From positions 17,032 to 81,031 of the forward strand of contig CAWHAZ010000003.1 of the NCBI GenBank assembly GCA_963827475.1: a stretch of DNA of 64,000 nt, written 5' to 3'. Both the position numbers and the translations under genes were made by a program. This DNA is from an uncultured Chloroflexia bacterium. Lineage in GTDB: Bacteria > Chloroflexota > Limnocylindria > QHBO01. Positions 9,127 to 18,228 of the stretch are shown here, in pieces (position 1 is the first letter of the stretch; every line of letters begins with the position of its first letter). Under the pieces are notes generated by a model. It did no database searches and had not been told where the DNA came from. It saw only the letters and a program-made list of their open reading frames with translations.

Positions 9127-9750
9127 TCAGCCGGGCTCGGGGCGCTCCCCGAAGAGGGCGGTCCCGACCCTGACCAGGGTGGCGCCCTCCAGGACCGCCG
9201 GCTCCAGGTCGGCGCTCATCCCCATCGACAGCTCGGGCAGGGGCGTCCCGCTCGCTTCCTGCAGCCGGTCGCGCAGCCGGCGCAGGGTGGCGAAGGCGGA
9301 GCGGGAGATCGCCGGGTCGTCGGTGAACGGACCGATGCCCATCAGGCCCACCACGTCCACCGAGGCGACGGTCGTCATGCCGGCGACCAGGCCACCGATC
9401 GCGGCGGCATCGGCCAACGCACCCGGACTGAGGCCGTGCTGGCTGCCGGCCTCGCTCACGTTCACCTGGAGCAGGACCTGCGGTCGGGCGCCGTGCTCAT
9501 GTGCCGCCTCGTCCACCCGACGAAGGAGCTTCACCGAGTCCACGCCATGCAGCCAGCGAAAGGCGGCCACCGCTCGACGGGCCTTGTTCGACTGGAGATG
9601 GCCGACGAGGTGCCACTCGGCATCGGGGGCAGCCGGCAGCTTGGCCTCCCCCTCCTGGACCCGGTTCTCGCCGAAGCGGCTCAGGCCGGCCGCGATCGCG
9701 GCGCGGACCACCTCCGGGCCGAATCCCTTGGTCACCGCCACCACCCGCAC
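9127..9750 (-). CDS. yggS: YggS/YlmE family pyridoxal-phosphate homeostasis protein. The true start is probably near 9837-9840.
   Basis: It has VAVTKGF (PLP lysine), HLVGHLQSNK and LSMGMSADLE. Conserved-looking coding sequence (ILTAAIAARWVAVRRRIEAAAEEAGRDPAE) continues upstream of the GTG at 9750, but that stretch has no ATG, GTG or TTG. Confidence 0.88.
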   Translation of the reverse strand: MRVVAVTKGFGPEVVRAAIAAGLSRFGENRVQEGEAKLPAAPDAEWHLVGHLQSNKARRAVAAFRWLHGVDSVKLLRRVDEAAHEHGARPQVLLQVNVSEAGSQHGLSPGALADAAAIGGLVAGMTTVASVDVVGLMGIGPFTDDPAISRSAFATLRRLRDRLQEASGTPLPELSMGMSADLEPAVLEGATLVRVGTALFGERPEPG

Positions 9751-9853
9751 CTCGGCCGGGTCACGGCCGGCCTCCTCGGCCGCCGCCTCGATCCGGCGGC
9801 GGACCGCGACCCAGCGAGCGGCGATGGCCGCCGTCAGGATCGGCTGGTCGGTG

Positions 9854-11113
9854 TCAGTCGTGCTCGCGGTTCGGCTGCCGAAGGAAGCTCGGGATGTCGA
9901 GGTCCGTGTCGCCGTAGGCCGGACGGTCGAGCGAGGTCGGTCGGACGGTGACCGGCTCCCGCTCGACGCTCGGAGTCGACTCGGGGTCCTCGGGCGTGCT
10001 GTCGGGCGACTCGGGGGCCGGGGTGACGGTGAACGCCGTCCGCTCGACCCGCTCGCGCTCGATCTCGGCCAGCAGCTCGCGGCTCTTCTCGTCCAGCGAC
10101 GACTCGATCCCGACGGCGGACCCGGCGTCGGCCGGGCGAACGGCCGGCTTCGGCCGGCTCCGCACCGCGTCGAACCCGGTGGCGATGACGGTGACCTTCA
10201 CCTCGTCGCGCATCCGGTCGTCGATGACCGTGCCGAAGATGATGTTGGCCTCCGGATCGGCGGCCTCCTTGATCACCTCGGCGGCCTCGTTGACCTCGAA
10301 CAGGCCGAGGTCGCTGCCGCCGGTCACGTTGAACAGGATGCCGCGGGCGCCCTGGATGTTGATCTCCAGCAGCGGGCTCATGACCGCGGCGCGGGCCGCT
10401 TCCACGGCTCGGTTCTCCCCGCTCCCGATCCCGATCCCCATCATGCTGCTCCCGGCCTCGCGCATGATCGTCTTCACGTCGGCGAAGTCGAGGTTGATCA
10501 GGCCCGGGACGGTGATCAGGTCGCTGATCCCCTGCACGCCCTGGCGGAGGACGTCGTCCACCACCCGGAAGGCGTCGAGGATCGTCGTCTTCTTGTCGAC
10601 CACCTCGCGCAGGCGATCGTTGGGGATGGTGATCAGGGTGTCGACCTTGTCCTTCAGGGTCTCGGTGTACTGCTCGGCGACGAGCTTGCGCCGAGCGCCC
10701 TCGAAGCTGAACGGCTTGGTCACGACCGCCACGGTCAGGGCGCCGAGGTCCTTGGCGATCTCGGCCACCACGTGGGCGGCGCCGGAGCCGGTGCCACCAC
10801 CCATCCCGGCGGTGATGAAGATCATGTCGGCGTCCTTGAGCGCCTCGTAGATCTTCTCGGAGTCCTCCTCGGCGGCGCGCTGCCCGATCGACGGGTCGGC
10901 GCCGGCCCCGAGGCCACGGGTGATCTTGTCGCCGATGCGGATCTTGTGTGGCGCGTCACTCTGGAGCAGCGCCTGGGCGTCGGTGTTCACGGCGATGAAC
11001 TCGACACCCATCATCTCGGCCCGGATCATGCGGTTGACGGCGTTGCTGCCGCCACCACCGATACCGATGACCTTGATCAGGGCGAAGTTCTCTGCGTCGG
11101 ACCGGAGCGGCAT
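9854..11113 (-). CDS. ftsZ: cell division protein FtsZ
   Basis: It has [13 protein letters not shown] and [11 protein letters not shown]. The ATG at 11111-11113 is preceded by AGGAG 7 nt upstream. It has a C-terminal DIPSFLR peptide. Confidence 0.97.
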   Translation of the reverse strand: MPLRSDAENFALIKVIGIGGGGSNAVNRMIRAEMMGVEFIAVNTDAQALLQSDAPHKIRIGDKITRGLGAGADPSIGQRAAEEDSEKIYEALKDADMIFITAGMGGGTGSGAAHVVAEIAKDLGALTVAVVTKPFSFEGARRKLVAEQYTETLKDKVDTLITIPNDRLREVVDKKTTILDAFRVVDDVLRQGVQGISDLITVPGLINLDFADVKTIMREAGSSMMGIGIGSGENRAVEAARAAVMSPLLEINIQGARGILFNVTGGSDLGLFEVNEAAEVIKEAADPEANIIFGTVIDDRMRDEVKVTVIATGFDAVRSRPKPAVRPADAGSAVGIESSLDEKSRELLAEIERERVERTAFTVTPAPESPDSTPEDPESTPSVEREPVTVRPTSLDRPAYGDTDLDIPSFLRQPNREHD

Positions 11114-11227
11114 GGGACATCTCCTGGGTGCGTGTCGGTATTGGCCGGGCACGGGAAGGGTCCGAACCCAGAGTGAATGGGCCTGTCCGCTAGTCTACCG
11201 ATCGGTCCTTCCGACCGAAAACCGATC

Positions 11228-11262
11228 TGTCCACAACCTCACCCGGAGTTGTCCACAACCTC
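11228..11262. promoter_or_regulatory. two direct copies of TGTCCACAACCTC, 22 bp apart, in the ftsA-ftsZ spacer (DnaA-box-like TTGTCCACA)
   Basis: Exact 13-mers lie at 11228-11240 and 11250-11262, and the second is preceded by T, giving TTGTCCACA. An inverted GTGGAC lies at 11273-11278. Confidence 0.35.
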
Positions 11263-11312
11263 GCTGCGGACGGTGGACGAGGGCAGCGGCACTCCACACT
11301 GCTCGCCGCGTT

Positions 11313-12551
11313 TCAGCCGGGGAAGAGGCTCCGGATCCACGTCCGGGCCCGGCTCATGCCGTCGCTGACCGGGGATCGGGTCACGAAGCCGATCGGCTCC
11401 GCCCCCACGTGGCGCGCGCCCCACAGCAGCAGCCCCAGCGACGTCGAGAAGGCGGGATTTGCGAGCTGGTCCATGAGGCCGCCCACGCCCTGCGGGGTTG
11501 CGACCCGGACCGGCATCTCGAGCACGTCCCGGGCCAGCTCGGCGACGCCGGCCAACCGCGCGCCTCCGCCGGTCAGGACGAGGCCCGCCGGCAGCGGGCT
11601 GCCGTGGCCCGAGCGCGCGACCTCCTCGCGAATCAGCTCGTACAGCTCGCGCATCCGGGCCTCGATGATCTCGCTCAGCTTCCGGCGCTGGATCGTCTGG
11701 CCGCCGCCCTCGCCCATGACCGCCACGTTGATCAGCTCCTCCGGCTGGACCTCGACCACGTTCGAGGTGCCGTGCCGGATCTTCACGTCCTCGGCCAGGT
11801 TCAGGCTCGTCCGCAGTCCGATGGCCACGTCGTTCGTGACGTGGATGCCCCCGACCGGGATGACCGCCGAGTGATGGACCGCGCCGTCGACGAACACCGC
11901 CATGTCGGTCGTCCCGCCGCCGACGTCGGCGACGATCACCCCCAGCTCCTTCTCGGTATCGGTCAGGGTCGCCTCGGCCGCGGCCAGCGACGCGATGACC
12001 AGCTCGTCGATCTGGACCCCGGCCGAGCTCACGCACTTGGTCAGGTTCTGGAGCGAGGTGCTGGCCCCGGCCACGATGTGGGTCTCGACCTCCAGCCGGA
12101 CCGCGCTCATCCCGAGCGGGTCCTTGATCCCCTCCTGGCCGTCGACGATGTACCCGCGCGGAATGACGTGGAGGATCTCCCGGTTCGACGGGACCTGCAC
12201 CGCCCGGGCGGCCTCCGTCGCACGCGCGATGTCCTCCTTCGACACTTCGCGCCGGTGGCCGCTCACCGCCACCACGCCACGGCTGTTCTGGGACGAGATG
12301 TGGCCGCCACCGACCGCGACGAACGCGGACCCGATCTTGTAGCCGGACAGCCGCTCGGCCTTCTCGATGCTGGTCGCGATCGACTGCACCGTCTGCTCGA
12401 TGTTGGCGACCATCCCCTTCTTGATCCCGATCGACGGGGCGATCCCGTAGCCGACCACGTTCACGTCACCGGCGGGCGTGACCTCGCCGATGAGGGTGGT
12501 CACCTTGGTGCTGCCCGGGTCGATACCCACCAGGACCGTTTCTCTGTCCAA
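11313..12551 (-). CDS. ftsA: cell division protein FtsA
   Basis: Actin-fold motifs are present: VGIDPGSTKV, DVGGGTTDMAVF, LTGGGARLAG. It has a TTG start. Confidence 0.95.
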   Translation of the reverse strand: MDRETVLVGIDPGSTKVTTLIGEVTPAGDVNVVGYGIAPSIGIKKGMVANIEQTVQSIATSIEKAERLSGYKIGSAFVAVGGGHISSQNSRGVVAVSGHRREVSKEDIARATEAARAVQVPSNREILHVIPRGYIVDGQEGIKDPLGMSAVRLEVETHIVAGASTSLQNLTKCVSSAGVQIDELVIASLAAAEATLTDTEKELGVIVADVGGGTTDMAVFVDGAVHHSAVIPVGGIHVTNDVAIGLRTSLNLAEDVKIRHGTSNVVEVQPEELINVAVMGEGGGQTIQRRKLSEIIEARMRELYELIREEVARSGHGSPLPAGLVLTGGGARLAGVAELARDVLEMPVRVATPQGVGGLMDQLANPAFSTSLGLLLWGARHVGAEPIGFVTRSPVSDGMSRARTWIRSLFPG

Positions 12552-12579
12552 ACTCAGCCTCCGTGAAGCGCGGCCGACC

Positions 12580-12903
12580 TTACAGGAAGTGGCGCCGGAT
12601 CAGGGCCACGTTCTGGAAGATGCGCAGGCCGAAGGCGATGAGCGCGACGAGATACAGGTCGATCCCGAGCCGATCCCCGACGAAGGTCAGCACCACCGCC
12701 ACCGCGGTGTTGGCGACGAAGCCGCTGAGGAAGATCCGGTTGTCGTACTGCCCGTCGAGCTCGGCTCGGACGGCGCCGAGGATCGAGTCGAGGCCGGCGA
12801 GGATGGCGACCGCGGTGTAGCGGGCGAGGTCGGGGGTCACGCTGACGTTGAGCAGCAGGCCCAGCAGGATGCCGAGCCCGAGCCCAACAAGCGGGAGCCA
12901 CAT
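12580..12903 (-). CDS. sbp: small basic protein Sbp (DUF1290)
   Basis: The 107-aa tail of ORF 12580..13446 starts at ATG 12901-12903. The sequence MWLPLVGLGLGILLG...DLYLVALIAFGLRIFQNVALIRR closely parallels Bacillus Sbp. Its position between ftsQ and ftsA matches Bacillus. Confidence 0.85.
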   Translation of the reverse strand: MWLPLVGLGLGILLGLLLNVSVTPDLARYTAVAILAGLDSILGAVRAELDGQYDNRIFLSGFVANTAVAVVLTFVGDRLGIDLYLVALIAFGLRIFQNVALIRRHFL

Positions 12904-12964
12904 CCGGAGGTTCGACGACACGGCGCTCGGTCGGGATCCGGGTGCCGCCGTTCGGCGAGCGGTC

Positions 12965-13904
12965 TCAGCCCCGGGCACGGAAATATACCCTCCCCGGATT
13001 TCGGGCATCGATCCACGCCACTCCCGCCTCCGGGTGCTGGGCGAAGAGCGTTCGAATGCTGACCGCCTGGTCCAACACCCGGGACCGGATGGTGGCCGAG
13101 GTGTCGGCCGGGTCACTGCCGTAGTACCCCATCGCGGCCTGCCAGCCGGCCTGGGGCGAGGTGAGGATGAATCCGTAGGTGGGGTCGACCGAGATCCGAA
13201 GGATCGTCGAGGCCGACCCGAGCCGGCTGGCCGGCAGGTCGCCGAGGGCGAGCGCCGCGTCGACCTCGTCGATCGGCAGCTGGTCGCCGATCCACAGGTC
13301 GTGGGACGCCTCCCGCTGGTCGTCGACGAACGGCAGCTCCGCGTAAGCGTCGGGCACGATCGCGTCCCGGGACTGGGTGCCGACCACGGTCCCGTCCTCG
13401 GCGACCAGCAGCTGAGCGGCGCTGGTGCGCCAGACGGCGACGGCATCGCCCTCCACCAACGCCACCTGCACCTGCCCGAACAGGCCGATGTCCACGGTCG
13501 CGCTCTCGACGCCGGGCAGCTCCCCGAGCTCGGTCGCGATCAGGCCCGCGTCCACCAGCAGCGCGCTGTCCCCCATCATCGGTCCGGTCACCGCGTCAAG
13601 CGCGGCCGGCTCGGTCCAGTCAGCCCCGCTGTAGGCCACGGCTCGGATCCGCAGCGCCGGCCCGCCGACCAGCCACACGCCGACCGCCACCAGGGCTGCG
13701 CACAGTATCGCCGCCGTGATCCGGGTCCAGTTGATGCGCCGCCGACGGCGGCGCGGCTGGGACGGGGCCGCCGGCTTTCGCGCCGCGCGTCGGACGGCCG
13801 CGGCCCTTGACCCGGGTCGTCGACCGAGACTTGGGATCGGTGCTGGCCGCTCCCCGCCGACCGCGACGGGGCCGCGTGGGCTCGAACAGGCGCCCGTCGG
13901 TCAT
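12965..13904 (-). pseudogene. ftsQ: cell division protein FtsQ/DivIB. The N-terminal basic tail is in a different frame from the TM and POTRA body.
   Basis: ORF 12965..13690 gives the POTRA and FtsQ body but starts inside the TM helix (LVAVGVWLV). That frame has no start codon further up. An ATG at 13902-13904 overlaps the ddl stop (ATGA) and opens MTDGRLFEPTRPRRGRR... in another frame. One indel between ~13745 and ~13800 (candidate C-run 13764-13767) would join them. Confidence 0.8.
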
Positions 13905-15010
13905 GGCGGCCCCTCCTCCTCGGCCAGCTCGAGGAGCCGCGCGACGAGGTCGGCGAACGTGATGCCGGCCAGCTCGGCCTGCTTGGGAAACATCGAGGTC
14001 GCGGTGAAGCCGGGGATGGTGTTCATCTCGGAGATGAAGACCTCGTCGGGCGTGGCGAGGAAGTCGACCCGGGCCATGCCCCGCGCGTCGACCGCGCGGT
14101 AGGCGGCCAGCGACAGCTCCCGCAGCCGGGTGGCCAGCTCGGGGTCGACCTCGGCGCGTGGGACGACCTCGGCCAGGCCGGGAACGTACTTGGCCTCGTA
14201 GTCGTACAGCTCGTGGTGGCTGACGATCTCGCCCGGCTCGAAGACGACCGGGTCCTCGTTGCCGAGCACCCCGCACTCGAACTCGCGCGCGTTCGGGACG
14301 TAGGCCTCGACAAGGACCTTCGTGTCCCAGCGGAACGCCTCCTCGACGGCCGCGGGCAGCTCCTCCGGAGCATGGGCGAGGGTCATGCCCACGCTGCTGC
14401 CCAGGCGGGCCGGCTTGACCACCGCCTGCTGGCCGATGCGGGTCGCGATGTCGTCGAGGACCCGCTGCGGGGACCGCCGCCAAGCGGCGCGCGAGAAGGA
14501 CACGTAGGTCACCACCGGCAGGCCGTGGCCGCGCATGAGGTCCTTGAACACGACCTTGTCCATGGCCACCGCGCTGGCGAGCACGCCGGCGCCGGTGTAC
14601 GGGATCCCGGCCAGCTCGAGGAGGCCCTGCAGCGTCCCGTCCTCGCCGTAGGGCCCGTGAATGGCGATGAAGGCGACGTCGATCGCGTCGCCCAGGGCCC
14701 GGAGCGCGGCGCGCGCCTGGACAGCGGCCGGCGCGGTCGTGACCGGCAGGGTGACCTGTCCCGCGTCGAGCCGGGCGCTGTGCTCGCTGATCGACTCCAC
14801 CCCGAGCTGGTCCGCGAGGCTATCCCCTGTTCCGAGCACCGCCGCCGGTCCTGCCGGCAGGTGCCAGCCGCCGGCAGGGTCGATGTAGATCAGGTACGGC
14901 TGGTACCGATCGCGATCGATCTCGCGCAGGATGGCCTCGGCCGACGCGATGCTGACCTCGTGCTCGGCCGAGCGGCCGCCGGCGAAGATGCCGATCCGGC
15001 GCCGGGTCAT
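13901..15010 (-). CDS. ddl: D-alanine--D-alanine ligase
   Basis: It reads [20 protein letters not shown]...EMNTIPGFT. ATGA overlaps occur with murB (15007-15010) and ftsQ. Confidence 0.95.
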   Translation of the reverse strand: MTRRRIGIFAGGRSAEHEVSIASAEAILREIDRDRYQPYLIYIDPAGGWHLPAGPAAVLGTGDSLADQLGVESISEHSARLDAGQVTLPVTTAPAAVQARAALRALGDAIDVAFIAIHGPYGEDGTLQGLLELAGIPYTGAGVLASAVAMDKVVFKDLMRGHGLPVVTYVSFSRAAWRRSPQRVLDDIATRIGQQAVVKPARLGSSVGMTLAHAPEELPAAVEEAFRWDTKVLVEAYVPNAREFECGVLGNEDPVVFEPGEIVSHHELYDYEAKYVPGLAEVVPRAEVDPELATRLRELSLAAYRAVDARGMARVDFLATPDEVFISEMNTIPGFTATSMFPKQAELAGITFADLVARLLELAEEEGPP

Positions 15011-15960
15011 GACTCCGGCTCCCAGGCGCCGACGAACTCGATCTCGTACTCGAGCTGGATCCCGGCCGCCTCGTGCACGGTGCTCCGCACCCGGTCGGCC
15101 AGCCGTCGGACGTCGGCGGCGCGCCCGTCCCGGTCGGTGACGATGAAGTTCGCGTGCCGGGTGCTGACCGATGCCGTCCCGACCTGCAGGCCCTTCAACC
15201 CGGCCGCGTCGATCAGCCGACCGGCGTGGTCGCCCGGCGGATTCCGGAAGACGCTGCCCGCGTTCTGCTCCGCCAGCGGCTGGGTTGCCTGGCGTTGGGC
15301 CTGGAATGCGGTGACCCGGCCGGCGACCGCGGCCGTGTCGTCGGGCTCCAGCCGCAGGTCGGCGGAGATGACGACCGTCGCCTCGTGCTTGAAACGAGAC
15401 TCTCGATAGCCGAAGGCGCACTCTGCCGGTTGCAACCGGCGGAGGTCACCACTCCGCGGGTCCCAGGTCTCGACCGACGCGAGGCGATCCCCCATCTCGC
15501 CGCCGTGGGCTCCGGCGTTGGCCCAGACCGCGCCGCCCACCGTGCCGGGGACGGCAATCCCCCACTCCAGCCCGGTGAGGCCGGCGGCGGCGGCGCGCTT
15601 GACGAGGAGGGCCATCGGGGCCCCGGCATCGGCTGTCAGGAGGGCGCCGTCAATGGCGACCGCGCGGGCTCGGTTCCGGATGACGACGCCGCGCACGCCG
15701 GCGTCGGCGACGACGAGGTTGCTGCCGTTGCCGATGATGAACCACGGCACCTCCGCCTCACGCGCCGCGGCGAGGACCGCGAGCAGCTCGTCGCGGGATC
15801 GAGGCTCCACCAGTCGGTCCGCCGGCCCACCCACGCGGAGGGTGGTCATCGGGGCCAGCGGCGCGTCGGGGCGGACCTCGATCAGGCGATCGGCGGCTAC
15901 CCGGTCGAAGCGGGCGAGCGCGGCGGCACGGGCGGGATCGATGGAAGCTGACACCGTCAT
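15007..15960 (-). CDS. murB: UDP-N-acetylenolpyruvoylglucosamine reductase
   Basis: This is the 317-aa tail of ORF 15007..16692 from MTVSASIDP. It has [17 protein letters not shown] and GSVFRNPPG. An ATGA overlap with murG lies at 15957-15960. Confidence 0.93.
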   Translation of the reverse strand: MTVSASIDPARAAALARFDRVAADRLIEVRPDAPLAPMTTLRVGGPADRLVEPRSRDELLAVLAAAREAEVPWFIIGNGSNLVVADAGVRGVVIRNRARAVAIDGALLTADAGAPMALLVKRAAAAGLTGLEWGIAVPGTVGGAVWANAGAHGGEMGDRLASVETWDPRSGDLRRLQPAECAFGYRESRFKHEATVVISADLRLEPDDTAAVAGRVTAFQAQRQATQPLAEQNAGSVFRNPPGDHAGRLIDAAGLKGLQVGTASVSTRHANFIVTDRDGRAADVRRLADRVRSTVHEAAGIQLEYEIEFVGAWEPES

Positions 15961-17057
15961 GCGGCCGCATCCGCCAGGTCGAGAAGGGCGGAGGCCACGT
16001 CCCGCGCCGCGTCGGGGCGGCCGAGGCCGCTCGCCGCGGCCGCCATCCGGCCGCGCAGGGCGTCGTCGCGCAGGGCGGCGACCTCGTCCCGCAGCCGCTC
16101 GCCGGTGAGCTCCGCGTCCGCGACAGCCACCGCCGCGCCGTGGTCCGCGAGCCAGGCGGCGTTGGCCGCCTGGTGGCCATGGGCGTACGGATACGGCACG
16201 AGGATGGAGGCCACCCCGACCGCGGCCACCTCGGCGCAGGTGGACGAGCCGGCCCGCCCGAGGACGAGGTCGGCGGCGACGAGGGTGGCCGCCATCCGAT
16301 CGGTCAGGAACGGCTCCGGCCGGTAGCGCTCCCGCAACGGTCCCTTGAGTTGATCGCGCGCAACCGTGGCGGCTTCCATCCCGGCCTCGCCCGCGACGTG
16401 GACCACGACCCAGTCCTCGACCAGGGCGGGGAGGGCCTCCTCCAGCGCGGCGGTGAGGCGGGCCACCGCCTGCGACCCGCCGAAGACGAGGAGCATCCGA
16501 TCGTCGTCCTCCAGCCCCACAGCCGCGCGGGCGGCCGCGCGGTCCAGCCCGGCGAAGGAACGGATGGGGGTGCCCGTCACGAACGCCCGCGGGCCAAATG
16601 CCTCGGCCGTGGGCGGGAAGGCCACCGCCATCCGGGTGGCGAAGCGCCCGATGGCCCGCGTGGCGCGGCCCGGCACGACGTTGCCTTCCCACACGATGGT
16701 CGGGACCCCGCGCGCCCGCGCGCCCGCCACCAGCGGAACGGCGAGGTAGCCGCCGGTGGAAAAGACGGCCGCCGGCCGCAGGCGGCCGAGCAGGCGCCAG
16801 GCCTGGGGCGTGGCCGCGGCCAGCCTGAGCGGGTCGAGCACGGTGTGGTGGCTCCGGCCGGCGGAGCGCAGGGAACGGACCGTCAACTGGTGGTACGGCA
16901 GATCGCCGGCGTCCCCCACCAGCCGGCGCTCGAAGCCGCGCACACCGCCCACGTACGCGAGCTCAGCGCCGGGGCGCAGCTCGCGCAGGGCGCTGACGAC
17001 GGCCAGTGCGGGGTAGATGTGCCCGCCGGTCCCGCCGCCTGAGATCACCAAGCGCAT
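15957..17057 (-). CDS. murG: undecaprenyldiphospho-muramoylpentapeptide beta-N-acetylglucosaminyltransferase
   Basis: It starts [20 protein letters not shown] and contains [15 protein letters not shown]. Confidence 0.95.
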   Translation of the reverse strand: MRLVISGGGTGGHIYPALAVVSALRELRPGAELAYVGGVRGFERRLVGDAGDLPYHQLTVRSLRSAGRSHHTVLDPLRLAAATPQAWRLLGRLRPAAVFSTGGYLAVPLVAGARARGVPTIVWEGNVVPGRATRAIGRFATRMAVAFPPTAEAFGPRAFVTGTPIRSFAGLDRAAARAAVGLEDDDRMLLVFGGSQAVARLTAALEEALPALVEDWVVVHVAGEAGMEAATVARDQLKGPLRERYRPEPFLTDRMAATLVAADLVLGRAGSSTCAEVAAVGVASILVPYPYAHGHQAANAAWLADHGAAVAVADAELTGERLRDEVAALRDDALRGRMAAAASGLGRPDAARDVASALLDLADAAA

Positions 17058-18228
17058 CGAGCACCGATCCTGTCTGAGCCTCGCGACTGATCGAGAGCAG
17101 AATCCCGACCGCCACCAGGTTGATGATGAGCGCCGTTCCGCCGTAGCTGATGAACGGCAGGGGGATGCCCGTGATCGGCCACAGAGCCGTCACGACCATC
17201 ATGTTGATGGCCGCCTGAGCCACGAGCCAGGTCGTGATCCCCGCCGCCAGCAACCCGGAGAAGGTGTCGGGCGCATGGATCGCGATCCGATAGCCCTGCC
17301 ACGCGATGACCAGGAACAGGCACAGGACGATCATCGTCCCGATCAGGCCCCATTCCTCCCCGATGATCGCGTAGATGAAGTCGGTGGACGGGGCGGGCAG
17401 GTACAGATACTTCTGCCGGCTGGCGCCCAGCCCGACCCCGGCCAGGCCCCCCATGGCCAGCGCCATCAGCGCCTGCATCGTGTTATAGCCCGCCCCCAGC
17501 GGGTCCCGTTCGGGGTCGAGGAAGGTGGTGACCCGAGCCAGCTGGTACGGCGTCCGGCTGACGAAGAGGGCCGCGGCGGCGAGCACCGCTCCACCAACCA
17601 CGAACAGCCCGGTCAGTCGGGCGCCTGACATGAAGAACACCGCGAACGCCGCCGCGATGTAGATCCCGGCCGTGCCGAGGTCCGGCTCGAAGAGGATGAG
17701 GAGGAAGCCCGGCGCGACGAGCAGCCCGAACGGGATGAGCCCGCCCCGGAATCCGTGCGCCTCCCGGCCCCGCCGGTCGAGCCAATGCGCGAGATACAGG
17801 ACGATCGCCAGCTTGGCCACCTCCGCCGGCTGGAAGCGGCCGATGATCGGGATCTCCAGCCAGCGCCGCGAGCCGCCCGACTCGAACCCGAGGGACGGGA
17901 CGAGGACCAGCGCCAGCATCGCGATCGCCGCGAAGTAGGCGGGCAACGCGAAGTACCGATAGAGGCGGAAGTCGATCCGACTGACGATGACCATCGCGGT
18001 CAGACCGATGGCCGCGAAGATCGCCTGTGCGATGCCGTACCGCGCCGGGTCATCGCTGGTCAGGAGGGCGTTGATGCTGGACGCGGAGTAGACCATCACC
18101 ACGCCGATCGCGACCAGCGACATGACGGCGATGACGAGGGGGAGCGCCACCCGGCGACGCTCCCGCTGAACGCCACGGGTCCGAGCCCCCCGGCGGGCGG
18201 CCGGGGCTACGCCAACGGCGGTCGTCAC
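16963..18228 (-). CDS. ftsW: FtsW/SEDS family peptidoglycan glycosyltransferase
   Basis: SEDS motifs are present: RWLEIPIIGRFQPAEVAKL, TDFIYAIIGEEWG, PLPFISYGGTALI. The GTG start at 18226-18228 overlaps the murD stop. The tail overlaps murG by 95 nt as assembled. Confidence 0.9.
   Translation of the reverse strand: MTTAVGVAPAARRGARTRGVQRERRRVALPLVIAVMSLVAIGVVMVYSASSINALLTSDDPARYGIAQAIFAAIGLTAMVIVSRIDFRLYRYFALPAYFAAIAMLALVLVPSLGFESGGSRRWLEIPIIGRFQPAEVAKLAIVLYLAHWLDRRGREAHGFRGGLIPFGLLVAPGFLLILFEPDLGTAGIYIAAAFAVFFMSGARLTGLFVVGGAVLAAAALFVSRTPYQLARVTTFLDPERDPLGAGYNTMQALMALAMGGLAGVGLGASRQKYLYLPAPSTDFIYAIIGEEWGLIGTMIVLCLFLVIAWQGYRIAIHAPDTFSGLLAAGITTWLVAQAAINMMVVTALWPITGIPLPFISYGGTALIINLVAVGILLSISREAQTGSVLDALGDLRRRDRRAHLPRTGRRQRPARAAPRR

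Noticed and set aside
8732-11176. An 814-aa ORF on the plus strand. Similar giants include 19499..22141 (+), 23960..26401 (+), 28340..30739 (+), 51055..53268 (-), 22096..24126 (+), 33719..35539 (-), 40405..41733 (-) and 42739..44250 (-).
   Set aside because: All run antisense to genes with unmistakable conserved motifs (ftsZ, mraY/murF, rsmH/mraZ, sdhA, the uvrA paralog, ftsI, sucD, parA). Their products are Arg/Gly/Pro/Asp low-complexity strings. They are shadow ORFs produced by stop-codon depletion in very GC-rich DNA.
16963-17057. The 95-nt overlap of the ftsW tail with the murG start, as another frameshift.
   Set aside because: The conserved SEDS sequence ends around ISRE, before the overlap, and neither alternative frame gives a better C-terminus. 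A long natural overlap or a slightly wrong tail cannot be distinguished without orthologs.
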